DNA of 64,000 nt from contig OX597834.1 of the NCBI GenBank assembly GCA_951406725.2, forward strand, positions 36,518,001 through 36,582,000, in the 5' to 3' direction. Shown one piece after another: positions 12,954 to 26,482 of this stretch. A program made the translations under genes and the position numbers. The DNA is from Octopus vulgaris. Lineage: Eukaryota. How positions within the stretch are numbered: position 1 is the first letter of the stretch; each line of letters starts with the position of its first letter. The notes beneath the pieces were generated by a model. It was not told where the DNA came from. It made no database searches and saw only the letters and a program-made list of their open reading frames with translations.

Positions 12954-14387
12954 TGCTGGTGGTTTTCCGTTACTGAGTGTGTGTATATGTGCGCGTGTGC
13001 ATGCAAGTGATAGTGAGAGGTGTTATTGTTGCTGGGGGCTGGTGGTAGTGGCTTGAGGGGGTCACATAACAGATAGATAGATAGGTAGAGAGAGAGGGGG
13101 GAATATTTCTGGGGTATAGGTGGTGGAGGGTAAGGGGAACAGAGGTAGTTGTACATATGCATGAATGTGTGTATGTATGTACTGTACATATGTATGTATG
13201 AATGTACTGTACATATGTATGTATGCATGTACCTATGTATGTATATGTATGTGTATATGTATCTAGATGGGTGTGTGTATGTATCTATGTATGTGTGAGT
13301 ATATGTATGTATGTGTGTGTATGTATATATGTATGTATGTGTTTGTGTGTATGTATGTATGTATGTATGTATGTAGTGTATTATTTCAAGGGTAACACGT
13401 TCAAAGAGATGCTATAAGTGACCACAAAGTACTTCAAGAGAAGTCTGAGAGCGGACAAAAAATATTTAATCTATAATTGTTAACCTGACAAAATATATAC
13501 TGCTTCACCTATGGCTCACTAGGTACTTTCTCTCTCTCTCTTTCTCACACACACACACACATGCATATATACAGCACAGAATTTTGTCAGTGAACAGGTC
13601 TCGGTTTCAAAGCACCGAAAATATTTTAATATTTTGACAAATTAAATTTAAATGTTGAAGTGAATCTAACGGTTTTTGTGTGTTTTTAAAAGGGCTTATA
13701 AACACCTTCCACACGCTGCAATTGCTTTTGTTTCTTCACACAATCTCAGATCAGGTCACTTGCTATGCAAGTACATCTCCATAATATATATATATATATC
13801 TTTTATCTTTTACTTGTTTCAGTCATGAGACTGCAGCTATGCTGGGGTACCCCCCACCCTTGAAGAAGTTTTAGTTGAATGAATTAACCAAAGTATTTAC
13901 TTTTTTTTTTATAGCCTGAGACTTATTCTATCAGTCTCTTTTGCCAAGCTGCTAAGTTACAGCGATGTAAACATACCAACAGTGGTGGAAGACAAAGATA
14001 CACGCACACATATGCAAGCCTCTTTTAGTTTCCATCTACCAAATCCACTCATAAGGCTTTGATCAGCTTGAGGCTACAGTTTCTACAGCTGGATGCCCTT
14101 CCTAATGCCAACCACTCCGAGAGTGTAGCGGGTGCTTTTACGTGCCACCAGCACGGGGGCCAGTCAGGCGGTACTGGCAACGACCTCGCTCGAATCTTTT
14201 TACACATGCCAATGGCACAGGTGCCAGTAAGGCGATGCTGGTAATGATCCCACTCGAATGGTGCCTCTTACATGCCACCGGTACGGAAGCCAGTTAGCCG
14301 CTCTGGCAATGATATATACATACATATATACGATGGGCTTAAATGATTAGAAATGTTTAAATGATTAGAAATATTTGTTCAGCTTAC

Positions 14388-14438
14388 CTTCCAGGAGGGC
14401 CACTCATTGTGCACATAGATGGATTATGATCTGGCAAT
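14388..14438 (-). CDS. Candidate internal exon 2 (51 nt, phase 2-2): (R)LPDHNPSMCTMSGPPG
   Basis: Minus strand reads ttctttctttctttgttgtctag|ATTGCCAGATCATAATCCATCTATGTGCACAATGAGTGGCCCTCCTGGAAG|gtaagc. Strong polypyrimidine tract, AG/GT sites, open in the frame set by exon 1. Confidence 0.75.
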
Positions 14439-14529
14439 CTAGACAACAAAGAAAGAAAGAACAAACAAATGAACTGATGAATAAACATGGAGACAGCTGG
14501 TACTTATAAACAGGGTTCAAATATTGGTT

Positions 14530-15135
14530 TCGACGTTTTGGGGGTGGGTGGGGCAAATTGTTTACACTGACCTCAGTGTTCCACTGGTACTTATTTTATC
14601 AACCCCGAGAGGATGAAAGACAAAGTAAACCTCAGTGGAATTTGAACTCAGAATGTAAGGACAGATGAAATACCTATTTCTTTACTGCCCACAAGGGGCT
14701 ACACAAAGAGGGGACAAACAAGGACAGAAAAACGGATTAAGTCAATTATATCGACCCCAGTGCATAACTAGTACTTATTTAATCGACCCCGAAAGGATGA
14801 AAGGCAAAGTTGACCTCGGCGGAATTTGAATTCAGAATGTAGCGGCAGCTGAAATACCGCTAAGCATTTCGCCCGGCGTGCTAATGATTCTGCCAGCCCG
14901 GTGCCTTAATATAATAATAATAATCTTTCTACTATAGGCACAAGGCCTGAAATTTGGGTGAGGGGACTAGTCGGTTACATCGACCCAAGTATGCAACTGG
15001 TATTTAATTTATCGATCCCGAAAGGATGAAAACAAAGTTGACCTCGGCGAAATTTGAACTCAGAGCGTAGTGTCAAACAAAACACTGCAAACCATTTTGT
15101 CCAGCATGCTAACAATTCTGCCAGTTTGCCGCCTT
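14530..15135 (-). mobile_element. Cluster of SINE family B: a dimeric copy (14530-14906) plus a monomer (14920-15135)
   Basis: Reverse complement of the family B core three times. Dimer junction aaagaaata|ggtatttc. Confidence 0.85.
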
Positions 15136-15398
15136 GGCAGCAGCAACAACAGCGATAATGACAACAACATTAATCCTTTTATTCTTTTCCACATTTCAGT
15201 CATTTTGATTGTGGCTGTGCTGGAGCACTGCCTTTTAGTTGAAGAAACCAACACCTGGACTTATTCTTTGTAAACCTGGTACTTATTCTATCAGTTGCTT
15301 TTCCTGAACTGCTAAGTTAAAGGGATGTAAACACACCAACATCAGTTGTCAAGCGATGGTAGAGGGACAAACACAGACACAAACATATATATATATAT

Positions 15399-15496
15399 AG
15401 GGAGAATTCACAAAAAAAACAAAAGACGAAGACAGGTGGTGTAGACAACAAACAGATGTATTAGTTTAACGCTCGGGAAGTGAAAATGTCTTTTAC
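15399..15496 (-). mobile_element. Penelope-like terminal-repeat fragment (same family as 26760-26935)
   Basis: Minus strand gtaaaagac...gagcgttaaactaatacatctgtttgttg..tacaccacctgtc...ctccctata aligns by eye with 26835-26936. Confidence 0.65.
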
Positions 15497-15812
15497 CATT
15501 ATCATCATCATCATCGTTTAACGTCCGTTTTCTGCATTAGCACGGGTTTTATATATATATATATATATATGTATTTGTGTGTCTGTGTTTGTCTCCCACC
15601 CCCACTGTCGCTTGACACCAAATGTTGGTGTGTTTACGTCCCCGTAACTTAGCTGTTCGGCAAAAGAAGACTGACAGAGTAAGAACTAGGCTTACAAAGA
15701 ACAATTCCAGTGGTCGATTAATTTGATTGGAGGCGGTGCTCCAGCATGGACGCAGTCAAATGACTGAAACAAGTGAAAGAATAAAAGAATATACGACTGC
15801 ATGTATGCATAA

Positions 15813-15843
<31 letters not shown>

Positions 15844-16364
15844 TTCATGCATACATATATATATAGATAGATAGATATATACACACATACACAAATATAT
15901 ATGTGTGTACTCACACACGTGTGGGTGCACACACACACACACAAATACAAATTAGATTAGCTGAAACACTTTTAGCATGTTTGAAATCCATGATAGATTT
16001 CAGAAATCTTCCGAGAAGATGTTAAAAGCTTTTGTGTAGAATTATTCTGCTGTAGAAGTTGAGATCTGCCATGCACACACACACACACACACACAACACA
16101 CACACACACATGGCTATATCCATAGGTATCACGCATACGCATAAACACTCACACCTATACATCCATGTGCATATACGCACCTAACCAAATACAATTCTTT
16201 GAAAACGCTTTCCGAAATTCCATGCAGTTTGGTTACATGTAAATAAACTTACGTTAAGCGAGACAAGAACAAACATGTATACACACACATGCATATACAT
16301 TCATATACACATACATTTACATACACACATAAGCCTACATTCATACATGTATAAATATACACAA

Positions 16365-16413
<49 letters not shown>

Positions 16414-16704
16414 TTCTTGCACATACACACATGCACACACATTTATACACACATACACTCATTCACATACACACACGTCTACATTCATACACACATACAT
16501 ATATATATAGACACATACATTCATGCACATATACATATGCACACATTAATACACACATACAATCATGCACATATGTACACACGTAGATAAGCATACACAC
16601 ATGTAGGAGTACAAACCACATGGTAGCATTCAGTTGATAAAGCACTCCAAAGAAACAGAATACATTGTGGAGTTGTGAGTTAGGACATGTGTGTGTATAA
16701 AAGT

Positions 16705-17310
16705 ATTTGGACATGTAGCAGTGTGCAAGTTCACATGTAACAGGGTGTCAGAACACATGTAGTAGTGTTAGCTCACATCCAATGACATGTTGGTCCACAT
16801 GTAAGAGTGTTAGTTGACCTGCACTGGTGCATTACTCAACATGTGGCAAAGTTAGTTGACTTGCAGAGGTGCATCAGTCCACATGCAGCAGTGACAGTGT
16901 ACTTGCAGTGGTGTGTTAGCCTACATGTTGTAGTGATAGTTGACCCAAAGTAGTGTGTTGCTCTACATGTAGCAGTGTGATAGAACACATGTAGCAGTGT
17001 CAGTGCACTTGCAGTGGCATATTAGTCCACAGGTAACAATGTTGGTTGACTTGCAGTGGTGCAGTAGCCTGCATGTAGCACAATCAGTTGATGTGCTGGC
17101 CCACATGCAGATGTGTCACAGATAACATGAAGCAATGTGCTAGCTAACATGTAGCAGTGCTAGTACACTTGCAGTGCTGTGTTAACCCAGCACATAGCAG
17201 CATTAGCTGACTTGGAGTGGCGTGTTGGGCCACAGGCAGTGGCACCATAGAACACATGTAGCAGTGTTAGTGCAGTTGCAGTTACATGTAGCAGTACCTG
17301 CATACATGTG
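16705..17310. repeat. Degenerate minisatellite of 20-22-bp units (ACATGTAGCAGTGTTAG... / ACTTGCAGTGGTGTG...)
   Basis: About 25 diverged units, often alternating two types. No ORF of 60 aa or more. Confidence 0.8.
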
Positions 17311-18119
17311 CATGGGTGATGTTTTTTAGATGATGTTTTTTTTATTCAATTTGTCAGGAGGAATGACAATGCAAGGGACCCATTCCAGCCAGGTCCCTGA
17401 GGTTGGGGGACAAGGAAAGAATCATGGGTGAATGTGTGGGGCAAGGAGAGAAATTATCTTTGAAACTGAAGAACAAGATAGGCTTTCAGTTCTAATCCTT
17501 TTGACAATAGAGTGGGCTTCACTGAATGCCCTTAAGGGCCAAGTGCTCACAAGAGAATGTGAAAAAAGAGGCAGTTAAAATGAAGATGAAGATGATGATA
17601 ATAATGTGTGTGTGTGTGTGTGTCTATGCATGAGTGTATGTGTGTATGAATGTATGTGTATACGCATGAATGTATGTGTGTATATATACATATATGTGCG
17701 TGTGAATCTGGGCATGTGTGTGTATGTAAATGAGTGTATGTGTGTGCATGTGTGTATGTGCATCTGCAAGTCATCACTGTTTAACCCTGGGTCGTCCCTA
17801 AACAGGTAGACCTAGTGGTCAAAATCCACTGAAGTCTCATGTTCACCTCATCCTTCTGCTTCTGCTCTTCCAGGCATAATGTATCTAGGAATACACTATC
17901 CTATGTATTTTTTTCTCCAAGACGATGGCATGCAATTTGAGGCAGATTTCGTTGCTATTTCTAGCATGCTGAAGAAGAACCACATGGAGGGGGCAATGGG
18001 ATTTTACGCAACTCCACAGTTGGCAGAATATATAGGTTCCAACATCTTTGACATGCAAACCGAGATTCCGTTTCTACAGACATGCATTGTATAGTGGCAG
18101 CAGAAGCAGCACCAATTAC

Positions 18120-18758
18120 TGGTGTTGTTGTTGTTGCTGTTATTGTTGCTGATGTAGCTGTGGTGGGGATGATGCTAATGGTGGTGGCTGTGGTTTTATT
18201 GATGGTAGCAGTGGTGACGATGGTGGTGGTGGTGGTGATGGATGTGGTGGTGGTAGAAGCGGTGGTGATGGTGACAGTGGGGATTATGATGTCTGCAATG
18301 GTGGTGGCAGTGCTGATGGTGGTTGTGGTGGTGACAGTGGTGGTGGTAGTAGTGATGGTGGTGGTGGTGATGTCAGTAGTGGTGACAGTGGTGGTGGTGG
18401 TGATGTCAGTAGTGGTGACAGTGGTGGTGGTGGTAGTGATGGTGGTGGTGGTAGTGATGATGGTGATGGTGGTTGTGGTGGTAGTGATGTCAGCAGTGGT
18501 GACAGTGATGGTGGTGGTGGTGGTAGTGATGGTGGTGATTGTAGTGGTGGTGGTCACAGTGATGGATGGTAGTGATTGTAGCTGGGGTGGCAGGGATGGT
18601 TGTAGGGGTGGTAGTGTTTGTGGTAGCAGTGATGACGGTGGCGGTAATGGTGGTGGTGGTGGTTGTGGTGGCGGTGAAGGTGGTAGTGGTAGTGATGGTG
18701 GTTTTTCATTTTATATATAACTTTAAAAAAATTTACAGCAGCAAACAATAGTAACACC

Positions 18759-18789
<31 letters not shown>

Positions 18790-18840
18790 GTAGTAACAGC
18801 ATTAACAGCAGTAACCCTAACTACAGCAAGAACAACAACA
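18120..18840. repeat. Degenerate (GTG/ATG)n and (AAC)n trinucleotide tracts
   Basis: Directly visible; give the poly-V/T pseudo-ORFs. Confidence 0.95.
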
Positions 18841-19184
18841 ATAGCAAGTGAACTATTGTGCAGTCCATTAGCAAAGAAAAGTTGAATATAATACTTTACA
18901 ACTCAATACTTTGTCTATCAAGGAATCAAAGAGAGAGAGAGAGAGTGAGAGGGGGAGAAGGGGGGAGAAAGGGAGAGGAAGAGGGGGAGGAAGAAGAAAG
19001 AGCAAGGGCAAAAAAGGTGTGAGAGGCACGAAAGGAAAGACTCACACACGCACGCACATGTATGTTGTGTGCATATTTATTTTGTATGTATATATACATA
19101 TATATATGTTTGCATTTATATATATATATATTTGTGTATATATATATATATATGTTTGCATTTATATATATATATATTTGTGTG

Positions 19185-19229
<45 letters not shown>

Positions 19230-19370
19230 CTTGATGTGTAGCTATATATATATATATATATATATGTTTGTATGTATTTGTATATATATATATATATATG
19301 CAAGTTTGTGTATATATATATGCATGTATATATATATATGTGTGTGTGTCTGTGTGTATTGATGTGTAGC

Positions 19371-19406
<36 letters not shown>

Positions 19407-19409
19407 TAA

Positions 19410-19478
<69 letters not shown>

Positions 19479-20096
19479 AGGAGGGGGTGATAATATGAAA
19501 TATCATACAGTTAAAGTAGTTCCCAGCTGGAGCTATATAACCACATTTAAGTTGTTAATCCCTGTCTCTATAAAATTGCCACTGCTGCGTTTAGCAGGGG
19601 TGGGGGGTAGGTGGAGACTGGAGCGGAGGGTGGGGGGGTAAATAGAAGAAAATAATTTTAAAAAAAAGAAGAAAAAACCCACGAAAACCCCCCACCATTC
19701 AAAGAAACACAACACACACACACACACACGAAACTTATCCATTTCACAACCGCATACATCCTATGACAAACACACACACACACACATATATGTTGTGCGT
19801 GTGCGTGTGTTGAGAGCCACAGCGGTGCGTCAATTACCAAAGACTGGAATTACTGCAGACAAATTCATTTCCTCCATCAAAAAGAGGTGTGGGCGGTGGG
19901 GTGGGGTGGGGGTGGATGGAAGAAAGCAACAGCAACAACAATAACAGGAGAGATTAAAATACAGAAGGAGAAATTCTAAACATTAAGGAAAATAAATAAA
20001 TAATGGCTATACATACACACACACATATATGTATATATATATATATGTGGGCTATATGTACATTTAAATATATGTGTGTGTGTGTATGTGTGCCTG

Positions 20097-20129
<33 letters not shown>

Positions 20130-20133
<4 letters not shown>

Positions 20134-20362
20134 CTTTACTACCCACAAGGGGCTAAACACAGAGGGGACAAAACAAGGATAGACAAATGGATTAAATCGA
20201 TTACGTCGACCCCAGTGCGTAACTGGTACTTAATTTATTGACCCCGAAAGGATGAAAGGCAAAGTCGACCTCGGCGGAATTTGAACCCAGAACATCACGA
20301 CAGACGAAATACAGCTACGCATTTCGCCCGGCGTGCTAACGTTTCTGCCAGCTCGCCGCCTT
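20130..20362 (-). mobile_element. SINE family B, full length
   Basis: Reverse complement of 363-592. Confidence 0.9.
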
Positions 20363-21300
20363 ATGCATATATGCATATATATATGTATATACATACATAT
20401 ACATATATATATGTATATACATACATATACATATATACATACATACCTATACATACACCATAAAGCCAAACCCTTTATGGAAGAGAAACCTAAGGTAATC
20501 CAGTAAACTGGCATTCCCTATTTTTAAAATATACATACATATATATACATATATATATATGCATGATGGGCTTCATTCAGTTTCTGTCTGCCAAATCCAC
20601 TCACAAGGATTTGGCTGACCCAATGTGGAATTTTTTCTGATTTGATGTTCTGATTTCAAATTCTGCCAATGCAAACTTTGTCTTTCATTCATTCAGGGAT
20701 GGTTGATAAAATAAGTACCAGTTATGCACTGTGGTCAATGTAATCAACTAACCCCACCCCACCCCACTCCCTCAAAATTTCAGGCCTTGTGCCTGTAGTA
20801 GGAATGCTTAACAACAACAAGGCAGCAACATGGGTGAGCGCACAAACGCAGAGAGATACAGGAACTGTACCAAATTCCGGGTCCTAATACAGCAGCGATG
20901 ACAATGGGGGAGGAGATGGGTCTGAGTGAAAGGTCATAGTGCTACTAAGAACAATGACACACACACTCAAACATAGACACAAACGCAACATATATAAGGA
21001 TACACATCGTAGAAGAACAGAATGAAACAAGTGGAGTAAAAGCACACCTGAAGATGAAAAGTGTCACTGAAGAGGTCACAGGTGTGTGACAAAAGATTTC
21101 TGGACAATGGAACATGTGTTAGAATAAGAACATTAACAAACAAGTGAAGAACGAATATATAGAGCGTGTTTTTATTTGGTTTAAAAAAAAAATGATCATA
21201 CTGAAAATACAACAATATATAAATTCTTTCTTTTGTTTTCGTTTCAGTTATTTGACTGCAGCCCTACATGTATCTACACAAACACTCTCAAACAATTGCA

Positions 21301-21456
21301 GGAGTGGCTGTGTGGTAAGTAGCTTGCTTACCAACCACATGGTTCCGGGTTCAGTCCCACTGCGTGGCACCTTGGGCAAGTGTCTTCTACTATAGCCTTG
21401 GGCCGACCAAAGCCTTGTGAGTGGATTTGGTAGACGGAAACTGAAAGAAGCCTGTC

Positions 21457-21529
<73 letters not shown>

Positions 21530-21743
21530 TGTGTGTGTAAGTTTGTGTGTCTGTGTTTGTCCCCACCATCGCTTGACAACCGATGTTGGGGTGTCCATGT
21601 TCCCGTAACTTAGCAGTTCGGCAAAAAGAGACCAATAGACTAAGTATTAGTCTTATAAAGAATAAGTCCAGGAGCCGATCTGTTTGACTAAAGACGGTGC
21701 TCCAGCATGGCCGCAGTCAAATGACTGAAACAAATAAAAGAAT
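21301..21743 (+). mobile_element. SINE family A, full length (tRNA head, CORE-like block, internal microsatellite)
   Basis: A box ggagtggctgtgtggtaag, B box gggttcagtccc, CORE-like caccttgggcaagtgtctt, internal (TG)n, 3' gactgaaacaaataaaaga. Correspondence to the published Octopus OK/OR1/OR2 SINEs is not verified. Confidence 0.92.
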
Positions 21744-21939
21744 ACATGCGTACCCATACACACAAACACGCATGATGAAGAGCTTTAGTTTGAAGACAAA
21801 TTAACGAACATTATATATATATATTTAATTAGTAACAAATGTACTATTTATAATTACAACTTCCATTCCACTCCCTCATTGTATATATTCAACAATCTAT
21901 CATGTATGTTTGCATGTATGTGTGTGTATATAACGTCGT

Positions 21940-21978
21940 AAGAAATTTGAAAAGCTAAACGCGAAACCGGTCTTTCTT
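21940..21978 (+). ncRNA. Degenerate minimal hammerhead motif
   Basis: AAGAAA tTTGAAAA GC taaac GC GAAA CCGGTC TTTCTT. 6-bp stem I, palindromic stem III (ACCGGT) and GUC are intact; the CUGANGA core is mutated. Confidence 0.5.
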
Positions 21979-22091
21979 CTAAACTATGTCGTTGTAAGGA
22001 AAAAAATTTTTTAATATTCTTCAGACATATTGACGCAAATATATATTTTTTAACCTTTAAGCCTTCTGTAGTTTTTCCACTTTTTACTATT

Positions 22092-22131
<40 letters not shown>

Positions 22132-22319
22132 ATACATACATATATGCATACACACACACTCACATATATTCATACACACACACACACATATATATATACA
22201 TACATATACATATGCATGTATTACTATATGTACATATATATATGTATGCATATATATATGTACATACTTATATATACATATATTTATACATACATACACA
22301 CACGCACAAATATGCTCAC

Positions 22320-22354
<35 letters not shown>

Positions 22355-22697
22355 TGCACCCTGCCCCCACATATACATATATACACATACAAACATACGT
22401 TTATAAGCTGCCAGAAAGAGCAGCCAAATTTCCTTCGGACCACAACTTACCCTCTTAAAAAGGAACAGACACATTGGGTATCTATCTCAAGTTGCAAACC
22501 CCACCCACCAATCTCCTCCCCTCCTCCCCCTCCAAACCTTTATGCAATTATCCAAATTGTACATCCACCTTGCTTGCTCTCCCTGTTTTATACCCCACCC
22601 CACCTTTTCTTCCCTCGGTAACTCTGTCTCTCACTCCCTTTCACCCTCTCTCTCTCTCTTTCCCTTTCACCCTCTCTCTCTCTCTTTCCCTTTCACC

Positions 22698-22728
<31 letters not shown>

Positions 22729-23409
22729 AGAATCTGATTCCCTCTTCCCCAACCCCAACACAAGCACTCTGCTCTCCTCTCCTCTCTTTCTCTCACTGAA
22801 ATCTCTACTCTACTTGCTCATAATTTCTCTCTCTCTCTCTCTGTTCTACTCTTTCTTCTTCTTCCTCCTTTTCTGCACCCCCCCTGTCTTTCTCTCCTTT
22901 CTTTTCTCTAAATCTATCAATGAAATAAAACGAAGAAAGAAAGAAAGAAAGAAAAAAAAACTAATAATCAATAAATCTAACACCGTTTGTGAGGTGGTTG
23001 TGGCGGTGGTGATTGCGCGGGGGTGGGTGATGGTGATGTCGGCAACGGTGGTGGTGGTGGTCATGGTGGTGGAAGAGGCAACAGTGGAGTGAAGTGAGGC
23101 GAGGCGCGGCGAGGTGAGGTGAGGTGAGGTAACGAGAGATGAAAGAAGCAGCAGTGATGGTGGTGGTTGCGGTGGGTGGAAAAGTGCATTAAATATGCAT
23201 AGATAGATGTGTTTGCAGGGCGCCTCGGTGCTGCGTTGTGGTCAAAGTTCTTGTTTAAACCACAGTCTGTGACCCGCTTTCAACTTGCTTAACAACAAAA
23301 ACGACAAAAACAACGACAACAACAACAACAACAACAACAACAACATCACGAAACATAAGAAACAATCAAAACATCCGACACATTCTAGATTTTTCTTAGA
23401 TGTCAAGCC

Positions 23410-23665
23410 GAGCTAATGAGCAGAAATTGGTACAATCTGATATGTTATCCCACAAAGTACTAGAAAGAGTAGACAAATATCCCTTAAATACAAGCCTAAA
23501 AAAAAGAGAAAAAATAATAAGAAAATTGAGGGCACATTAGATAATGTAGTCCTAGGTACATTTAGTCCAAATCAGAAAAGATGAGATTAGAAGATGCTTG
23601 AGGTGGTAAAAGTTTTGATAGTAACTCTAATGGATCAGAGCTGACTTGGAGTCAAACAACAATAA
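23410..23665 (+). mobile_element. Older unclassified interspersed repeat (family D)
   Basis: ctagaaa.ag.agccaaat...gacacatt.gataatgtagtcct...ctgac.tgg.g.aaacaacaa shared with 17778-18000 (-), 22410-22480, 43385-43470 and 59550-59680 (-). Confidence 0.55.
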
Positions 23666-23924
23666 TCATCATCATCATCATCATTTAGCGTCCGTTCTCC
23701 ATGCTAGCATGGGTTGGACGGTTCAACTGGGGTCTGTGAGGCTGCAAGGCTTCATCAGGCCCAGTCAGATCTGGCAGTGTTTCTACAGCTGGATGCCCTT
23801 CCTAACGCCAACCACTCCGTGAGTGTAGTGGGTGCTTTTTACGTGCCATGTGTATATATATATATATGTATGTATATATATATGTATATATGTGTGTATA
23901 TATATATATATATGTATATATATA

Positions 23925-23957
<33 letters not shown>

Positions 23958-24008
23958 ATATATATGTATATATATATATATGTATATATGTATGTATATA
24001 TATATATG

Positions 24009-24056
<48 letters not shown>

Positions 24057-24074
24057 CATATATATGTGTATATA

Positions 24075-24478
24075 TGGCTGTGTGGTAAGGAGCTTGCTTC
24101 CCAACAACATGGTTCCGGGTTCAGTCCCACAGCGTGACACATTGGGCAAGTGTCTTCTACTATAAGCTCAGGCCGAACAAAGCCGTGTGAGTGGATTTGG
24201 TAGAAGGAAACTGAAAGAAGCTCATCTTATGTGTGTGTGTGTGTCTATGTGTGAGCATCTTTGAGTTTGTGCCCCCCCCCACATCACTGCTTGACAACAA
24301 GTGTTGGTGTGTTTATGTCCCTGTAACCTAGCAGTTCTGCAAAAGAGACCGATAAAATAAGTACCTGGCTTAACAAAACAATAAGTACTGGGGTGATTTG
24401 TTCAACTAAAACCCTTCAAGGAGGTGCCCCAGCATGGCCACAGTCAAGTGACTGAAACATGTAAAAGAATAAAAGAAT
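24075..24478 (+). mobile_element. SINE family A, full length
   Basis: Same structure as 21301-21743. Confidence 0.9.
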
Positions 24479-25289
24479 GTATATATATACACACACACAC
24501 ACACACAACCACACACACACACACACACAGACACACCCACACATATATAAGGTGCAGGCATGGCTGCGTGGTAAGAAGTTCGCTTCCTGACCCTGTTTCT
24601 GGGTTCAGTTCCACTGTGTGGCAAATAAGGACAGACAAAGGGATTAAGTCGATTACGTCGACCCCCAGTGCACAACTGGTACTTAATTTATCGACCCCTA
24701 AAGGATGAAAGGCCAAGTCGACCTCGGCGGAATTTGAACTCAGAACGTAACGGCAGACGAAATACTGCTAAGCATTTCACCTGGCGTGCTAACGTTTCTG
24801 CCAGCTTGCCGCCCTTAAAAGCACTGGTGATGGTGCCATGTGAAAAACAGCCAGTACAGTATGTGGAATGGTTGGTGTTAGGAAGGGCATCCAGCTGCAG
24901 AAACCATGCCAAAACAAAGGAGCTTGGTGAGAGCCCTGGCCTTACTAGCTCTGGTCAAACCATCCAACTCATGCCAGCATGGGAAATGGATGTTAAATGA
25001 TGGTGATGATGATGAGGAGGAGGATATATGTGTGTGTGTGTGTCTAAGTGTCAGTGTTTGTGTCTCCCCCTCCCCACCACTTGATAACCAGAATATGTCC
25101 CTGTAACTTAGCAGGTCAGCAAAAGACATCGATAGAATAAGTAGCAGGCTTAAAAAAAAATAAAGAGACAAAGTGCTGAGGTCAATTGATTCGATTAGAA
25201 ATTCTGGAAGGTGGGAAACACATGAGACTAACCACGGCTTTGTGTTTCACTGACTTTGTTTCCTCAACAAGGGTAAAGGGTAAAGACCC

Positions 25290-25615
25290 CCTTCGATCAC
25301 GAATGACCATGGGATTGCACCTAGAGAGTTCCCCTCCGAGGCACAAGTCTGGGCAAGGTTGCTTATGGAAGATCAGCAGTCATCCATGCATAGCAACCTC
25401 TCTTCTCTACATCAGCAATATTATCCAAGAGAAAGACAAAAGCTGACATGACTTGGCACCAGTGATGATGCAAGTCATTTCTACGGGTGAGTGGAACTGG
25501 AGCAACATGAAATAAGGTGTCACGCTCAAGAACACAACACACTGCCCGGTCTGGGAATCGAACTCACTACCTCATGATTGTGAGCCCAACGCTCTAACCA
25601 CTAAACCACGCACCT
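25290..25615 (-). mobile_element. SINE family C
   Basis: Reverse complement of a tRNA head (ggtttagtggttagagcg...gagttcgattccc) and the body shared with 2208-2530. Confidence 0.8.
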
Positions 25616-25616
25616 T

Positions 25617-26482
25617 GTTTGCTCATAACTTTTTGAAAAATCGATGCTTTTAATTGAAATTTTCTACAAAACACTACACTGTAGATTATGATTAAATTGG
25701 AATTTGGTTTGAACAAACACAAAATCTTGGAAGTAATGGTGGATAAGGGCAGATAGTTTTAATTGCTTAACTTTGTTTCCTCCTATGTCTTGACGAGGTA
25801 GGTGGATTATCACACACACACCTACCCCAACCCACCACCCAAAATTTTTTACCTCCCCTACCACCCAACATCAAGTTCTGACATAATTGTATCGTATTCT
25901 ATACTGTCTGAAATGTATTTGTAAGAAATTTAATTAAAAAAACATAATAAAACACAAAAAAAAAAAAATATATAAAATCCATTTTCCAGAAAGTTCTGAG
26001 GAAACAAACAAACAAACAAACAAAAAAGCTGAGGTGTGCAAATTATCCAACACTCACCCTTCTCTCTTCAAAAGAAAAAGAAAAAAAAAAAAAAAAAAAA
26101 AAAAAACGTTTTTCCACATCAAATTCTGAATATATTTGTAATCTACAAGATCAGCAACAATGCAACGTATTTGAGGGAAATTTCATTAAAAAAAAATGAA
26201 AAAGAAATAAAAAAATCTATTTTTCTGAAAGTTATGAGCAAATAAAAATCGATGTGAGCATGTGAATTAAACTGAAACTTCCCCTCCCTAAACACACCCG
26301 CCCATCTCTGTTCCGCCCCCCACCTCTTGAAAAAGAATTGTTTTTCACATAAAATTCCATCATAATCGTAATCTACATGATCTGAAATGCATTTGTAGAG
26401 GAGTATATTACAAAAAAAAAAAAAAATAAATAATAATAAATAAATAAATATACATTTCTCAGGAAAGTTATGAGGAAACAAA
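25617..26482. repeat. Four diverged ~100-135-bp subrepeats (one inverted), probably from a DNA transposon
   Basis: Unit aaatt...gtaatctac...atttgt..aaat...tttt..gaaagttatgag.aaacaaa at about 25869, 26117 and 26348; reverse complement at about 25617. Confidence 0.6.

Noticed and set aside
21301-21365. tRNA-like A and B boxes
   Set aside because: These are SINE heads that continue into SINE body; there is no complete cloverleaf.
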